NCBI GenBank assembly: GCA_913054135.1
Contig: CAJXJK010000005.1
Span: 206,925-270,924 of the forward strand
Reading direction: 5' to 3'
DNA: 64,000 nt
Source: an uncultured Flavobacteriales bacterium
Lineage (GTDB): Bacteria; Bacteroidota; Bacteroidia; Flavobacteriales_D; Crocinitomicaceae
The notes under the pieces were generated by a model. It saw only the letters and a list, made by a program, of their open reading frames with translations. It had not been told where the DNA came from and did not search any database. Of the stretch, positions 44,601 through 55,588 are shown piece by piece (position 1 is the first letter of the stretch; each line of letters opens with the position of its first letter). The position numbers and the translations under genes are program-made.

Positions 44601-45337
44601 CAGACAACTAATAGTTTTTTATACATGTTTACTGTGTTCTCTAGGCCTAAATAAATGGCATCCGAGATTAAGGCATGCCCTATTGATACCTCTAATAATT
44701 CAGGAATCTCTGTTGCGAAATAGTTGAGGTTGTCAAGACTCAAATCGTGACCGGCATTAATTCCTAATCCATTTGTCAGGGCAACCTTTGAAGATTCAAT
44801 ATATGGTAATATGGCAGACGCTTTGTTTTCAGAGTACTGCTCTGCATAAGGTCCTGTATAAAACTCAATTCTATCGGCACCAACCAAGGCTGCGTTCTCA
44901 ATCATCTTTGCATCTGTTTCAATGAACAAAGAGGTGCGAACACCTAATGATTTCAATTCAGAAATAATATCAGTTAAATAATCTTTGTGTTTTACAGTAT
45001 CCCACCCTGCATCAGATGTTAATACATCTTCTGCGTCAGGTACCAAAGTAGCCTGATGAGGTTTAAAATCACGAATCATTTGCATGAAACGCTCATTCGG
45101 TTTTCCCTCAATGTTGAACTCTGTTGTTATGATTGGTGAAATTTCTTTCACATCATTCAAAGTGATATGACGCTCGTCTGGTCTTGGATGTACTGTGATG
45201 CCATCTGCTCCAAACTTTTGGCAATCAATTGCTGCCTGAACTACACTCGGATACTTTCCTCCTCTTGCATTTCGAAGGGTAGCAATTTTATTAATATTTA
45301 CACTTAGCTTTGCTGGCATAGGATAATAAATTGTCAA
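44600..45337 (-). CDS. pdxJ: Pyridoxine 5'-phosphate synthase
   Basis: LSVNINKIATLRNARG, GITVHPRPDERHI, EFNIEG, NAGHDL, EVSIGHALI. Confidence 0.96.
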   Translation of the reverse strand: MTIYYPMPAKLSVNINKIATLRNARGGKYPSVVQAAIDCQKFGADGITVHPRPDERHITLNDVKEISPIITTEFNIEGKPNERFMQMIRDFKPHQATLVPDAEDVLTSDAGWDTVKHKDYLTDIISELKSLGVRTSLFIETDAKMIENAALVGADRIEFYTGPYAEQYSENKASAILPYIESSKVALTNGLGINAGHDLSLDNLNYFATEIPELLEVSIGHALISDAIYLGLENTVNMYKKLLVV

Positions 45338-45421
45338 TTTTGATTCAAATTTATGATACTTAGAACAATTATTGGTTACATTAGTTGTTATAATTAAAGA
45401 ATTAAATCAAGAGTAATAAAA

Positions 45422-46084
45422 ATGCGAGCAGAAGAACTTATATCTGACATTATTCCACCACTGAAATTTACCGAAACTGGTGAACGTGCAATGGATTGGA
45501 TGAACGAGCTCAGAGTAAGCCACTTACCAGTAGTTGAAAACGGTGAGTTCATTGGTTTGATTTCAGAAAATGAGGTGTATGATATGCCAGATCCTTCTGA
45601 AAGAATTTGTGACTGCTTCTCTAATTTACCTAAACCATTCATTTATTCTGACCGACATGTTTATGAGGTTATGAAGATGATTGCAGATTTAAAAATCACG
45701 GTAATTCCAATTTTAGATGAGGATAACCAGTATTTAGGATGTACTGATTTATTGTATCTGATGTCTCAAATTACGGCCGTTAATTCAATAAAAGAATCAG
45801 GTTCAATCGTGGTGTTATTGATGAACACACATGATTATTCTTTGACACAAATCGCAAGAATTGTAGAAGAGAATAATGCTAAGGTTTTAAGTTCATTTAT
45901 TACTTCAAAAGAAGACACAACTGAAATTGAGGTGACTTTAAAAATCAATGCCGATAATATTGACCGAATTCTACAAACCTTTACGAGATACGACTATACA
46001 GTGAAGGCAACTTTTCAAAAAGGAAATTTTCAAGATGATTTGAAAAAGAGATATGATGAGTTGATGAACTTTTTGAACATGTAA
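45422..46084 (+). CDS. CBS-domain protein
   Basis: Tandem CBS domains (HLPVVENGEFIGLISE; IPILDEDNQYLG) plus an ACT-like C-terminus. Confidence 0.88.
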   Translation: MRAEELISDIIPPLKFTETGERAMDWMNELRVSHLPVVENGEFIGLISENEVYDMPDPSERICDCFSNLPKPFIYSDRHVYEVMKMIADLKITVIPILDEDNQYLGCTDLLYLMSQITAVNSIKESGSIVVLLMNTHDYSLTQIARIVEENNAKVLSSFITSKEDTTEIEVTLKINADNIDRILQTFTRYDYTVKATFQKGNFQDDLKKRYDELMNFLNM

Positions 46085-46086
46085 TT

Positions 46087-46965
46087 ATGCGCATTGGTAT
46101 CTACGGTCGTTCATTTGATGATTCCTTCATTCCTAACATTCAAGTATTGTTCAATACCATCAGATTGTTCGGATGGGAGTTGAGTATATATGAGCCGTTC
46201 ATGGCTTATTTGCAGCCGCGAATTAGCATGGAAGATGATCCGCAGCTATTCTCCAAGTACAAAGATGTTAAAGGGAATGTAGATATCATGCTAAGTGTTG
46301 GTGGTGACGGAACTTTTCTTGAAACGGTAAACGTGATTAGAGATTCTGAAATTCCAGTTTTAGGAATCAATACCGGGAGGTTAGGTTTCTTGGCCTCAAC
46401 TTCAAAAGACAATATCAAGGCAGCTCTTCAAGATATTTATGACGGTAGGTATAGATTGCAAACCAGATCATTATTAACCTTAGTAACTGATCAAGGTTTA
46501 TTTGGTGAAGAGAACTTTGCTTTAAACGAACTTACGGTTCACAAGAAGGAAACGTCTTCAATGATCACGATTCATACTTATATAGGAGATCTGTATTTAA
46601 ACTCTTATTGGGCAGATGGATTAATTGTTTCTACACCCACTGGTTCAACCGCATATTCTTTGAGTTGTGGAGGTCCGATAATGGTGCCTGGCGCAAAAGA
46701 TTATGTCATCACTCCAATTGCTCCTCACAACCTTAATGTAAGGCCAATTATTGTTCCAGATTCACGAACAATTAAATTGAAAATTGAGGGTAGAGGAAGA
46801 GACTTTTTATGTTCATTAGATTCACGTTCAGTGACCATTGATTCGTCAATTGAGCTTATTGTTAAAAAGGCATCTTTTCAAGTGAATGTCATTCAAACTG
46901 AGGGTCAAAATTTCTTAAACACCATTAGAAATAAGATGATGTGGGGATTAGACCGAAGAAACTAA
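46087..46965 (+). CDS. nadK: NAD kinase
   Basis: SVGGDGTFL, GINTGRLGFL, ALNE, ADGLIVSTPTGSTAYSLSCGGP. Confidence 0.95.
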   Translation: MRIGIYGRSFDDSFIPNIQVLFNTIRLFGWELSIYEPFMAYLQPRISMEDDPQLFSKYKDVKGNVDIMLSVGGDGTFLETVNVIRDSEIPVLGINTGRLGFLASTSKDNIKAALQDIYDGRYRLQTRSLLTLVTDQGLFGEENFALNELTVHKKETSSMITIHTYIGDLYLNSYWADGLIVSTPTGSTAYSLSCGGPIMVPGAKDYVITPIAPHNLNVRPIIVPDSRTIKLKIEGRGRDFLCSLDSRSVTIDSSIELIVKKASFQVNVIQTEGQNFLNTIRNKMMWGLDRRN

Positions 46966-47106
46966 AAAGTCAGTTCCTTTTCTACTAACACATTTCTCAA
47001 TTTTGGTTGTTAATAACTCCAAAAACTAAATTTCAACTTTGAGAAAATCCTTCCTAAATTTAGTATAGTTGATTATTCAACATTACAATAAAATGCTCTT
47101 ACATAT

Positions 47107-48441
47107 ATGGCTAAAAAAGCTGCAAAGAAAAAAATATTCGTGCTTGACACTTCAGTATTATTGTTTGATCACGATTCTATTAATAATTTTAAAGAAAATG
47201 ATGTCGCGATTCCAATTACAGTGTTGGAAGAGTTAGATAATTTCAAAGTAGGTAACGACACCAAAAATTTCCAGGCAAGAGAAGTAATTAGATTACTTGA
47301 TAAACTTTCAGGTGATGGTAAAATGGATGATTGGATTAGCCTCGGTAAAAATAGAGGTGAGATTAAAATCGTCATGTCAAACCTAGTGAACGGACGTGAT
47401 GCCGAAGCCGTTTACGGTAGAGGTAAAAACGATCACAAAATCATCAACGCCGCTATCACGCTAGCAGATACCATGACTGATCATCAGGTCATCATGGTGA
47501 CAAAGGATATCAACTTAAGACTTAAAGCTAAAGCCATAGGATTAATTTCTGAAGACTACCTAACTGGTAAAGTGAAGGATGTTGATAAAATGGATGACGG
47601 ATTCCCTGTTGTTGATATTACTGATCCTATGACTATCACAGACCTTTATAAGAAGGGGAGAATTGATGAGGCTGGCTTGCTGGGTGATAAGAAAGTAGCA
47701 AATGGTTATTACATATTGAATAATGGTAAAGACTCAGTTCTTGCAAGGTATGATGAGAAGGATAATTACATAGAAAGAGTTGAGAAAGAATACATCTACA
47801 GTGTTAAACCAAAAAATGCCGAGCAGGCTTTTGCTGTGAATGCTTTACTTAATGACGACATAAAATTAGTGGCTCTTCAAGGAGTAGCGGGAACAGGGAA
47901 AACTTTGTTGGCACTGGCTTCGGCACTAGAGCAGAGATCAAAATACAATCAAATCATTTTGGCAAGACCGGTGATTCCATTAAGTAACAGAGATATTGGG
48001 TTTTTACCAGGGGATGCTAATGAGAAGATTAATCCATACATGCAACCGCTTTGGGATAATTTGAAGTTCATCAAAAGTCAATTCAAACCAACTGAGAAGA
48101 AAGTGAAAGTGTTGGATGAGATGGAAGAATCAGGTGAGCTTTCAATAACTGCCTTAGCATTTATTAGAGGTCGTTCCCTTTCAAATGTTATGTTCATTGT
48201 TGATGAGGCACAAAACCTCTCTCCTCATGAGGTGAAAACGATTATCACTAGAGCTGGCGAAGGAACCAAAGTTGTGTTTACAGGTGACATTAATCAAATT
48301 GACACACCATACATGGATGAAGAGTCTAATGGACTCACATATTTAATTGACAGACTTAAAGGTCATCCTTTATTTGCTTCAGTAAGACTTGAAAAAGGTG
48401 AAAGGTCTGAGCTAGCCAATTTGGCGAATGACTTGCTGTAA
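47107..48441 (+). CDS. PIN-domain + PhoH ATPase (PhoH2/YlaK-like)
   Basis: FVLDTSVLL PIN domain; GVAGTGKT Walker A; IGFLPGD; RGRSL; IVDEAQN; TGDINQID. Confidence 0.92.
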   Translation: MAKKAAKKKIFVLDTSVLLFDHDSINNFKENDVAIPITVLEELDNFKVGNDTKNFQAREVIRLLDKLSGDGKMDDWISLGKNRGEIKIVMSNLVNGRDAEAVYGRGKNDHKIINAAITLADTMTDHQVIMVTKDINLRLKAKAIGLISEDYLTGKVKDVDKMDDGFPVVDITDPMTITDLYKKGRIDEAGLLGDKKVANGYYILNNGKDSVLARYDEKDNYIERVEKEYIYSVKPKNAEQAFAVNALLNDDIKLVALQGVAGTGKTLLALASALEQRSKYNQIILARPVIPLSNRDIGFLPGDANEKINPYMQPLWDNLKFIKSQFKPTEKKVKVLDEMEESGELSITALAFIRGRSLSNVMFIVDEAQNLSPHEVKTIITRAGEGTKVVFTGDINQIDTPYMDEESNGLTYLIDRLKGHPLFASVRLEKGERSELANLANDLL

Positions 48442-48468
48442 ATAAGCAGTCACATATTAAATACTATT

Positions 48469-48500
48469 AAAGAGCAAAGACTTATGTCTTTGCTCTTTTG
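48469..48500 (+). terminator. Intrinsic terminator
   Basis: AAAGAGCAAAGAC-ttat-GTCTTTGCTCTTT(T). Confidence 0.85.
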
Positions 48501-48543
48501 TCTTTCATCTAATTATTATCTTTACCGCCTAAATTAAATCATC

Positions 48544-49827
48544 ATGCCAAAGAATTTCGTAGAAGAACTAAGATGGAGAGGAATGTTGCAAGACATCATG
48601 CCAGGAACTGAAGAATTACTTGAAAAAGAATTAGTGACTGGATATGTTGGGTTTGATCCCACTGCAGATTCTTTACATGCAGGAAATTTGATTCCAATCA
48701 TGATGTTGAAACATCTTCAAAGAGCAGGTCACAGACCAATTGCTTTAGTTGGGGGTGCAACAGGAATGGTAGGTGATCCTTCGGGAAAATCAGACGAAAG
48801 AAATTTGCTTGATGAAGAGACTTTAGCGAAGAATATTGCCGGGGTAAAAAGTGTGTTGGAAAGATTTCTTGATTTCAATGACTCTGAAACAGGAGCTGTA
48901 ATGGTGAATAATTACGATTGGATGAAGAACTTTTCTTTCATTGAATTCATCAGAGATGTAGGAAAGCATTTGACAATAAACTACATGTCGGCTAAAGATT
49001 CTGTGAAGAAGAGAATTGAAACAGGGATTTCGTTTACTGAATTTTCTTACCAATTACTTCAAGGTTATGATTTCTTGCACTTATACAGAGAGTTTGGATG
49101 TAAGCTTCAAATGGGAGGATCTGATCAGTGGGGAAATATCACTACAGGAACGGAGCTGGTGAGAAGAATTGATGCGGGAGAAGGTTTTGCTTTTACTTGC
49201 CCATTAATGACCAAAGCAGATGGTTCTAAGTTCGGAAAAACTGCTGGTGGTGCAGTTTGGTTAGATGCAGATAAAACGTCTCCTTATGCTTTTTACCAAT
49301 TCTGGTTCAATGCAACTGATGATGATGCACCAAAATACATTCGTACGTTTACCCTTTTAGAAAAAGAAGAGATTGAGGCAATTGAAGCTGAGCATGCTGA
49401 AGCTCCGCACCTAAGAGTGCTTCAAAAGAGATTGGCTGCTGAGGTGACGCTTATGGTTCACAATCAAGAAGCCTTAGATTCTGCTCTAAGAACAACAGAA
49501 ATCTTATTCAATAAAAAATCTACTATTGATGATTTGAAGAAGTTATCAAACCAAGAGATTTTAGAAGGTTTTGCTGGCGTACCTCAAGCAAAAATTGCGA
49601 AGGCAGATGTTGATGCTGGTTTAGGTATCATTGATGCCTTAGCCGGGAAGTCAGGCTTTTTAGCTTCAAACGGAGAAGCAAAAAGAGAGCTTAAGGGAAA
49701 TGCTATTTCAGTGAATAAGGCGAAAGTTAATGCTGAATATGTTATAACTGCAGATGATTTAATTAATGATTCTGTAGTCATTTTAGGAAAAGGTAAGAAG
49801 AACAATTATATCTTGATTGTTGAGTAA
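48544..49827 (+). CDS. tyrS: Tyrosine--tRNA ligase
   Basis: YVGFDPTADSLHAGN, QMGGSDQWGNI, KFGKT, C-terminal S4 domain. Confidence 0.97.
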   Translation: MPKNFVEELRWRGMLQDIMPGTEELLEKELVTGYVGFDPTADSLHAGNLIPIMMLKHLQRAGHRPIALVGGATGMVGDPSGKSDERNLLDEETLAKNIAGVKSVLERFLDFNDSETGAVMVNNYDWMKNFSFIEFIRDVGKHLTINYMSAKDSVKKRIETGISFTEFSYQLLQGYDFLHLYREFGCKLQMGGSDQWGNITTGTELVRRIDAGEGFAFTCPLMTKADGSKFGKTAGGAVWLDADKTSPYAFYQFWFNATDDDAPKYIRTFTLLEKEEIEAIEAEHAEAPHLRVLQKRLAAEVTLMVHNQEALDSALRTTEILFNKKSTIDDLKKLSNQEILEGFAGVPQAKIAKADVDAGLGIIDALAGKSGFLASNGEAKRELKGNAISVNKAKVNAEYVITADDLINDSVVILGKGKKNNYILIVE

Positions 49828-50040
49828 TATCACTTCATTTTTTTAATGATCTCCCAATCTTCTTTTGAGAAGTATTGTTTTTGATCAATTGCCCACTCGG
49901 CCATGATCTTTCTACTTTCAGTTTAGGGAAAATATTAGCCATGTTTTGAACCATTCCTTCAGGGTAATCAATTCCATTTATGGTATGAATCATTTCTAGC
50001 ACGCATTTTGTATTTATCTTAGTAGAATAAAATTATTATC

Positions 50041-50463
50041 ATGAAATATTTACTTGTTTGCCTAATGGCTTTGACCTTGATTTCTTGCAAAGAATTAGAA
50101 GTTGAGAAACTGCAATATGAAACTGTTACCATGATGGGGAAAACTACTCTCGCCGTGACAAAAGATAAGGTGGTGGTAGATTTTAATGGTCGTGGAGAGC
50201 CAACTCATTTTGAAAGAGATACTAAAGATTCAGAGTGGGCAGCTTTGATTATGGGTATGAAAGATGTCAAATTAGATGAGGTCAATTCTCTTGTAGCGCC
50301 TTCTGAAAAGAGAGCTACAGATGCCGCACCTTTCGCGAAAATGTTATTCGTTACACCTGATTCTACATACGTTTCGGCCAGTTTTGATCATAAAAATCCC
50401 AATGCCATGTTGATGCCATTGATGGATGAGATCTTAAAGATTCAAGCCGAGAATAAAAAGTAA
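50041..50463 (+). CDS. Hypothetical lipoprotein
   Basis: MKYLLVCLMALTLISC lipobox. Confidence 0.75.
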   Translation: MKYLLVCLMALTLISCKELEVEKLQYETVTMMGKTTLAVTKDKVVVDFNGRGEPTHFERDTKDSEWAALIMGMKDVKLDEVNSLVAPSEKRATDAAPFAKMLFVTPDSTYVSASFDHKNPNAMLMPLMDEILKIQAENKK

Positions 50464-50654
50464 ATCTCCTTTTTTAGACCTGTATAATATTGAATGATCT
50501 TTTAGGAAGGTTATGAAATAATACTGATTTCTTGAGGTTAATCTAATAACCAAAACAATGAAATCGTAAGATAAGTAATGCTTTCACTTTTTTTCATTTC
50601 AGCTTAAATCACTGATTTCGTTTGGCTTTTTTTTAACCAAGAAAAACTAAACAA

Positions 50655-52205
50655 ATGCTGAGATTTATCAATCAATTTCGCTCTACTTATGAGGGGAAGC
50701 TTTTCAAGTACACGCTTTTTTTAATCTTCTTTTGGCTCGTCTTGGGCTATTTTCAATTGAATGGAGATTTAGATCAAATGTTCTATGGTCCACATTATTG
50801 GAGGCAAGCTGACGGCTTGGCTCAAACAATGAATTATGTAAAGAACGGATACGATTTTTTTGATCATTCTCTTTACTACAATCAGTTCAATGGATCGGCC
50901 AAAGGAGTGGGAGAATTCCCAATAATGTATTACCTAATTGCTCTTCAAAAAGGAGCTTTCGGAGGTGACCTCTTCTTCTTGTTCAGACTAAACAATTTCA
51001 TTATTGGCTTTTTTGCCTTGCTTTCGATTTTTAAAATGTCTCATCATTTTTTAAGAAGTGCGGTACTCTCTATTGCAACTACATTTTTACTTTTTTGTTC
51101 GGCCGTATTTGGCATGTATTACCTGTCTCCAATGCCTGACCCGCTTGCCTTTAATTTGTCAATGATTGGTTATTGGTGGATGATGCAGTATTACTACAAG
51201 AGAAGGTCAAGGTTTTTGCTAGGCTCTGTTTTCATTCTGTCAATAGCGTTTATGGTGAAGTTCTATTTTATCATTCCGTTTTTAGCTTTTCTTGTATTGT
51301 TGGTAGTGAGAAGACTCTTAAAAATTGAACCGTTTTTGCATTTAAAGTTTCATCCTTTTCAACTGATTCCGGTTCTTGCAGGTATTGGTTGGTTGGTATA
51401 TATGAGTTGGTATAATGCATCCGGAACTTGCAATTGCTTTCTTTCTGAAATCATGCCAATTTGGTCTCTTGATTCCGTTCAAATGGAGAAGGTATGGTAT
51501 TCTATATTTTATTATAGGTATGATTATATGAGTAAGTATATCCTTATCCTGTTTGCGATTTCATTACTTATCAATTTTAGTTGGTGGGATAGAAAATTTG
51601 TTTTGATGAACTGGTATCTACTCATAAGTGTTGTGGGAAGTTTACTATTCGTTTTGTTCTTTTTTCAAATGTTCGAATCGCATGATTATTACGTTTATCC
51701 AATTGTGTTTTTGATTCCATTGAGTATCGGAATGATGTGTTACAAATTGAAAACGATTATTGAAGGAAAAGCAAGGGTTCAAAGGTTTGCTCTAATTTCC
51801 TTATCAATAGTCTTGTTAGGAATTCAAAATGCGGTTCCCAACTTTGAAAAGAGAAAATGGGATAAATCAGTGAATCATCAAGAGTATTACGCCAATTATA
51901 AGAACACGGATATCGTGTTAGAAGAAGTTGGAGTCAAGCAGACTGCAAGTATTTTGTCATTGTCAGATGTGACACCAAATTACTCTCTGTTCTTGATGGA
52001 TAGAGTTGGTTGGTCGGCCTATCAGGCGTATTATTTAAAATGGACCATGAATGATTTTATTGACAAAGATGTTGAGTTTTTAGTGTTCAACAATAATTTG
52101 AATCTCTGGGATGCGAAAAAGCATGCTGAAGGTTATTTGGATTTTCCTTTGGGAGAGATGAACGAAATTGCAGTCTATGATTTAAGGCCGTATGGGAGTG
52201 AGTAG
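50655..52205 (+). CDS. GT-C superfamily (ArnT/PMT, GT39-like) glycosyltransferase
   Basis: About 11-13 TM helices; periplasmic HYWRQADG motif; GEFPIMYYL; MPDPLA. Confidence 0.75.
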   Translation: MLRFINQFRSTYEGKLFKYTLFLIFFWLVLGYFQLNGDLDQMFYGPHYWRQADGLAQTMNYVKNGYDFFDHSLYYNQFNGSAKGVGEFPIMYYLIALQKGAFGGDLFFLFRLNNFIIGFFALLSIFKMSHHFLRSAVLSIATTFLLFCSAVFGMYYLSPMPDPLAFNLSMIGYWWMMQYYYKRRSRFLLGSVFILSIAFMVKFYFIIPFLAFLVLLVVRRLLKIEPFLHLKFHPFQLIPVLAGIGWLVYMSWYNASGTCNCFLSEIMPIWSLDSVQMEKVWYSIFYYRYDYMSKYILILFAISLLINFSWWDRKFVLMNWYLLISVVGSLLFVLFFFQMFESHDYYVYPIVFLIPLSIGMMCYKLKTIIEGKARVQRFALISLSIVLLGIQNAVPNFEKRKWDKSVNHQEYYANYKNTDIVLEEVGVKQTASILSLSDVTPNYSLFLMDRVGWSAYQAYYLKWTMNDFIDKDVEFLVFNNNLNLWDAKKHAEGYLDFPLGEMNEIAVYDLRPYGSE

Positions 52206-52245
52206 ATTCTATTGGCTTCATTTCATGAGAAATTGAAAGGGCTGA

Positions 52246-54861
52246 TCATTTAACACCCATGTATTTCTTGATGTCATTCAATTTCATCAAGGCTTCAACT
52301 GGGGTTAGAGTGTCGATATCAATATTTTCAATTTCTTCTTTGATTTGCATCAAAACAGGATCGTCTAATTGAAAGAAAGACAATTGCATATCTGCTTCAG
52401 CTGCTAAGGCCTTTGCTTCTGATTTTAAATCACCTGAGTGATTTTGCTCAAGTTTTAATAATATTTGGTCGGCTCTTTGAAGCACCTGTTTAGGCATGCC
52501 TGCCATTTTTGCTACATGAATACCAAAGCTATGATTTGATCCGCCCGGAACCAGTTTACGCATGAAAATAACCTTGTTACCAACCTCTTTTACCGAAACA
52601 TTATAATTCTTAATTCGATCATAAGTTTGACACATTTCGTTCAACTCATGGTAATGTGTTGCAAACAAAGTTTTTGGTCGTGCAATATTGTTTTCATGAA
52701 GAAATTCAGTGATAGACCAAGCAATTGAAATTCCATCATAAGTTGAGGTTCCTCTTCCTATTTCATCCAAGATAATTAATGATCTCTCTGAAAGATTATT
52801 TAGAATGCTGGCCGTCTCATTCATTTCAACCATGAAGGTAGACTCACCTGAAGAGATATTATCAGAAGCACCTACTCTCGTAAATACCTTGTCAATTAAT
52901 CCAAGCTTAGCGCTTTCTGCTGGCACAAAAGATCCCATTTGAGCCATTAATGAAATGATTGCGGTTTGTCTTAGCAAGGCTGATTTACCTGACATGTTTG
53001 GTCCGGTAATCATGATTACTTGTTGACGGTCGTTATCTAAAAATACATCATTAGCAATGTACTCTTCTCCAATTGGTAATTGTTGTTCTATAACTGGATG
53101 ACGTCCCTGTTTCACATCTAATCCTAATGTTTCGTTCATTTCAGGTTTGCAATACATATTCGCCATTGCGCTTTGTGCAAATGAATGCAAGCAATCAAGT
53201 TTCGCTAATTGAACAGCATTATGCTGGATAGGAGTGATATATTCAGCCATTGCAGAAATGATTTCTGCTAAAATCTGACTTTCCAAGGCGTGAATTTTCT
53301 CTTCAGCACCCAATATTTTGGTTTCGTATTCTTTTAGTTCTTCAGTGATGTATCGCTCAGCATTTACCAATGTTTGCTTTCTGATCCACTCTTCAGGCAC
53401 TTTGTCTCTATGAGTGTTTCTGACTTCAATGTAATAGCCGAAAACGTTATTAAAAGCAATCTTGATAGGAATGCCCGTTTTCTCCATCTCTCTCTCTTTG
53501 ATACCTTCTAGGTATTCTTTTCCTGAGTTTAAAATGGCACGTAACTCATCTAATTCTTTATTAACTCCAGTAGCAACAACTTCTCCTTTTGAAATTGCGA
53601 TTGCTGGCTCGTCTTTTATCTCTTTTTCAATTCTAGATCTCAGCTCAGCACAAGGATTGAGGTTGTCAGCTATTACTTTAAGCGATTTACTCTTTGTTTT
53701 TTTGCAAGCTGACTTGATTGGGTCAATAGCGGTTAAAGCTCTTTTAAGAGCTATAATCTCTTTAGGGTTAATTCTTCCTGTCGCAACTTTTGAAATGATT
53801 CTTTCTAAGTCACCAACTTCTTTTAATTGAGATTCAATATCCTCTTTAAAATCAGGATTTTGGATGAAGTAATCTACAATCTCATGTCTCTCCTGAATGG
53901 GAGCCAAATCTTTTAAAGGCAGTACCATCCATCTTCTCATCATTCTGCTACCAGGTGGCGTTACCGTTTGGTCAAGTATGTCAATTAGCGTAGTGGCATC
54001 TTCATTATATGAATACAATAACTCTAGGTTTCTAATCGTAAATCTATCCAACCAAACATATTTGTCCTCTTCTAATCGAGAGATATTCTTGATATGAGCC
54101 GTTTTATCATGAGCCGTTTCTGATAAGTAATGCAGAACTGCTGATCCAGCAATTATGGCCAATGGCATACGGTCAACACCAAATCCTTTAAGTGATTTAA
54201 CTTCAAAATGCTTTCCTAAATTCTCATTTGCAAAGTCTGAAGAAAAGACCCAATCATCCAATCTATAGGTATAGATTTTAGCATTGAAATGTTCTTCATA
54301 AAGCTTTTGTCGGCCTTTTTGATAGAGGATTTCTTTCGGTTGAAAGCCTTGAATCAACTTATCTACATACTCAAAGCTGCCTTCGGCAACCAAGAATTCT
54401 CCAGTCGAAACATCAATAAAAGCCACGCCTGCCTGCTCGCCTTCAAAGTGAACAGCACATAAAAAATTGTTGCTCTTACCCTCTAAAACCTTGTCATTAT
54501 AAGATACTCCAGGTGTTACCAATTCAGTCACCCCTCTTTTGACAATGGTCTTTGTCATTTTCGGATCTTCCAATTGGTCACAGATGGCAACTCTCATTCC
54601 TGCCCTAACCAGTTTTGGTAAATAAGTGTCTAGTGAATGGTGAGGAAAGCCAGCAAGAGCTACCTCAGTTGGACCATTTCTTCGTGCAGTCAAAACAATG
54701 TTCAAAATGTTCGCAGCTTTTACAGCATCATCTCCAAAGGTTTCATAAAAATCTCCAACTCTAAACAACAACAACGCATCAGGGTACTTAGCCTTGATTT
54801 GGTTGTACTGCTTCATTAAAGGAGTCTCGGTAGGTTTTTTCTTTGCTGCTTTTTTTGCCAC
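52246..54861 (-). CDS. mutS: DNA mismatch repair protein MutS
   Basis: [62 protein letters not shown]. Confidence 0.97.
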   Translation of the reverse strand: MAKKAAKKKPTETPLMKQYNQIKAKYPDALLLFRVGDFYETFGDDAVKAANILNIVLTARRNGPTEVALAGFPHHSLDTYLPKLVRAGMRVAICDQLEDPKMTKTIVKRGVTELVTPGVSYNDKVLEGKSNNFLCAVHFEGEQAGVAFIDVSTGEFLVAEGSFEYVDKLIQGFQPKEILYQKGRQKLYEEHFNAKIYTYRLDDWVFSSDFANENLGKHFEVKSLKGFGVDRMPLAIIAGSAVLHYLSETAHDKTAHIKNISRLEEDKYVWLDRFTIRNLELLYSYNEDATTLIDILDQTVTPPGSRMMRRWMVLPLKDLAPIQERHEIVDYFIQNPDFKEDIESQLKEVGDLERIISKVATGRINPKEIIALKRALTAIDPIKSACKKTKSKSLKVIADNLNPCAELRSRIEKEIKDEPAIAISKGEVVATGVNKELDELRAILNSGKEYLEGIKEREMEKTGIPIKIAFNNVFGYYIEVRNTHRDKVPEEWIRKQTLVNAERYITEELKEYETKILGAEEKIHALESQILAEIISAMAEYITPIQHNAVQLAKLDCLHSFAQSAMANMYCKPEMNETLGLDVKQGRHPVIEQQLPIGEEYIANDVFLDNDRQQVIMITGPNMSGKSALLRQTAIISLMAQMGSFVPAESAKLGLIDKVFTRVGASDNISSGESTFMVEMNETASILNNLSERSLIILDEIGRGTSTYDGISIAWSITEFLHENNIARPKTLFATHYHELNEMCQTYDRIKNYNVSVKEVGNKVIFMRKLVPGGSNHSFGIHVAKMAGMPKQVLQRADQILLKLEQNHSGDLKSEAKALAAEADMQLSFFQLDDPVLMQIKEEIENIDIDTLTPVEALMKLNDIKKYMGVK

Positions 54862-55044
54862 GACTTATTCTGATTTAGGGCTAACGAAGATAGGGTTTTA
54901 GCCTTAGTTTTCAATGAAACTCGAATTCCCAGTTTTCATAAGTTGTTAACATATTGATAGTTTGGTTTCCGTTTTTCGTAAATCGTTTTTCGATTCCATG
55001 GTTTTGTATCTTCGCAATCGAATAACGAAACACGAAAATCGATT

Positions 55045-55581
55045 GTGGGTAGAAAACTAAAATTGCAAGAGCTAAACAGGATCTCCGTTGATGAATACAA
55101 GTCAGCCGAGAAAACACCTATAATTATTGTTCTAGATAACATCAGAAGTTTCAATAATGTGGGTTCCGTTTTTAGAAGCTCAGATTGTTTTAGAATTGAA
55201 AAAATATACCTCTGTGGAATCACTGCTCAGCCTCCTCATAGAGAGATTCATAAAACCGCAATTGGAGCAACTGAGTCAGTAGAATGGGAGCATGCTGAAA
55301 ACACTTTGGACGTTTTAGAGAAACTGAAGTCAGCCGATTGGAAAACTTATGCTATTGAGCAAACTGAAAACTCTGTAATGCTCAATGATTTTAATCCAGG
55401 AGAAGATAAGATTGCCATTGTAATGGGAAACGAAGTTGAAGGGGTTCAGCAAGACGTCATTAATGCTTGTTATGGCGTCATTGAGATTCCGCAAATCGGA
55501 ACTAAACATTCATTGAATATTTCAGTTTGTACAGGGGTAGTGCTCTGGGATCTTTATTCGAAAATGTCTGCTCAGAAATAA
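55045..55581 (+). CDS. SpoU/TrmH family RNA methyltransferase
   Basis: VLDNIRSFNNVGSVFR, GNEVEGV, IEIPQIGTKHSLNISV. Confidence 0.92.
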   Translation: MGRKLKLQELNRISVDEYKSAEKTPIIIVLDNIRSFNNVGSVFRSSDCFRIEKIYLCGITAQPPHREIHKTAIGATESVEWEHAENTLDVLEKLKSADWKTYAIEQTENSVMLNDFNPGEDKIAIVMGNEVEGVQQDVINACYGVIEIPQIGTKHSLNISVCTGVVLWDLYSKMSAQK

Positions 55582-55588
55582 GCTAGTC

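Noticed and set aside
19106-48441. ppa, ppx, ppk1, nadK and PIN-PhoH as a phosphate/polyphosphate super-cluster
   Set aside because: Dispersed over 29 kb in different operons and orientations; only ppk1-ppx is linked, which is ordinary.
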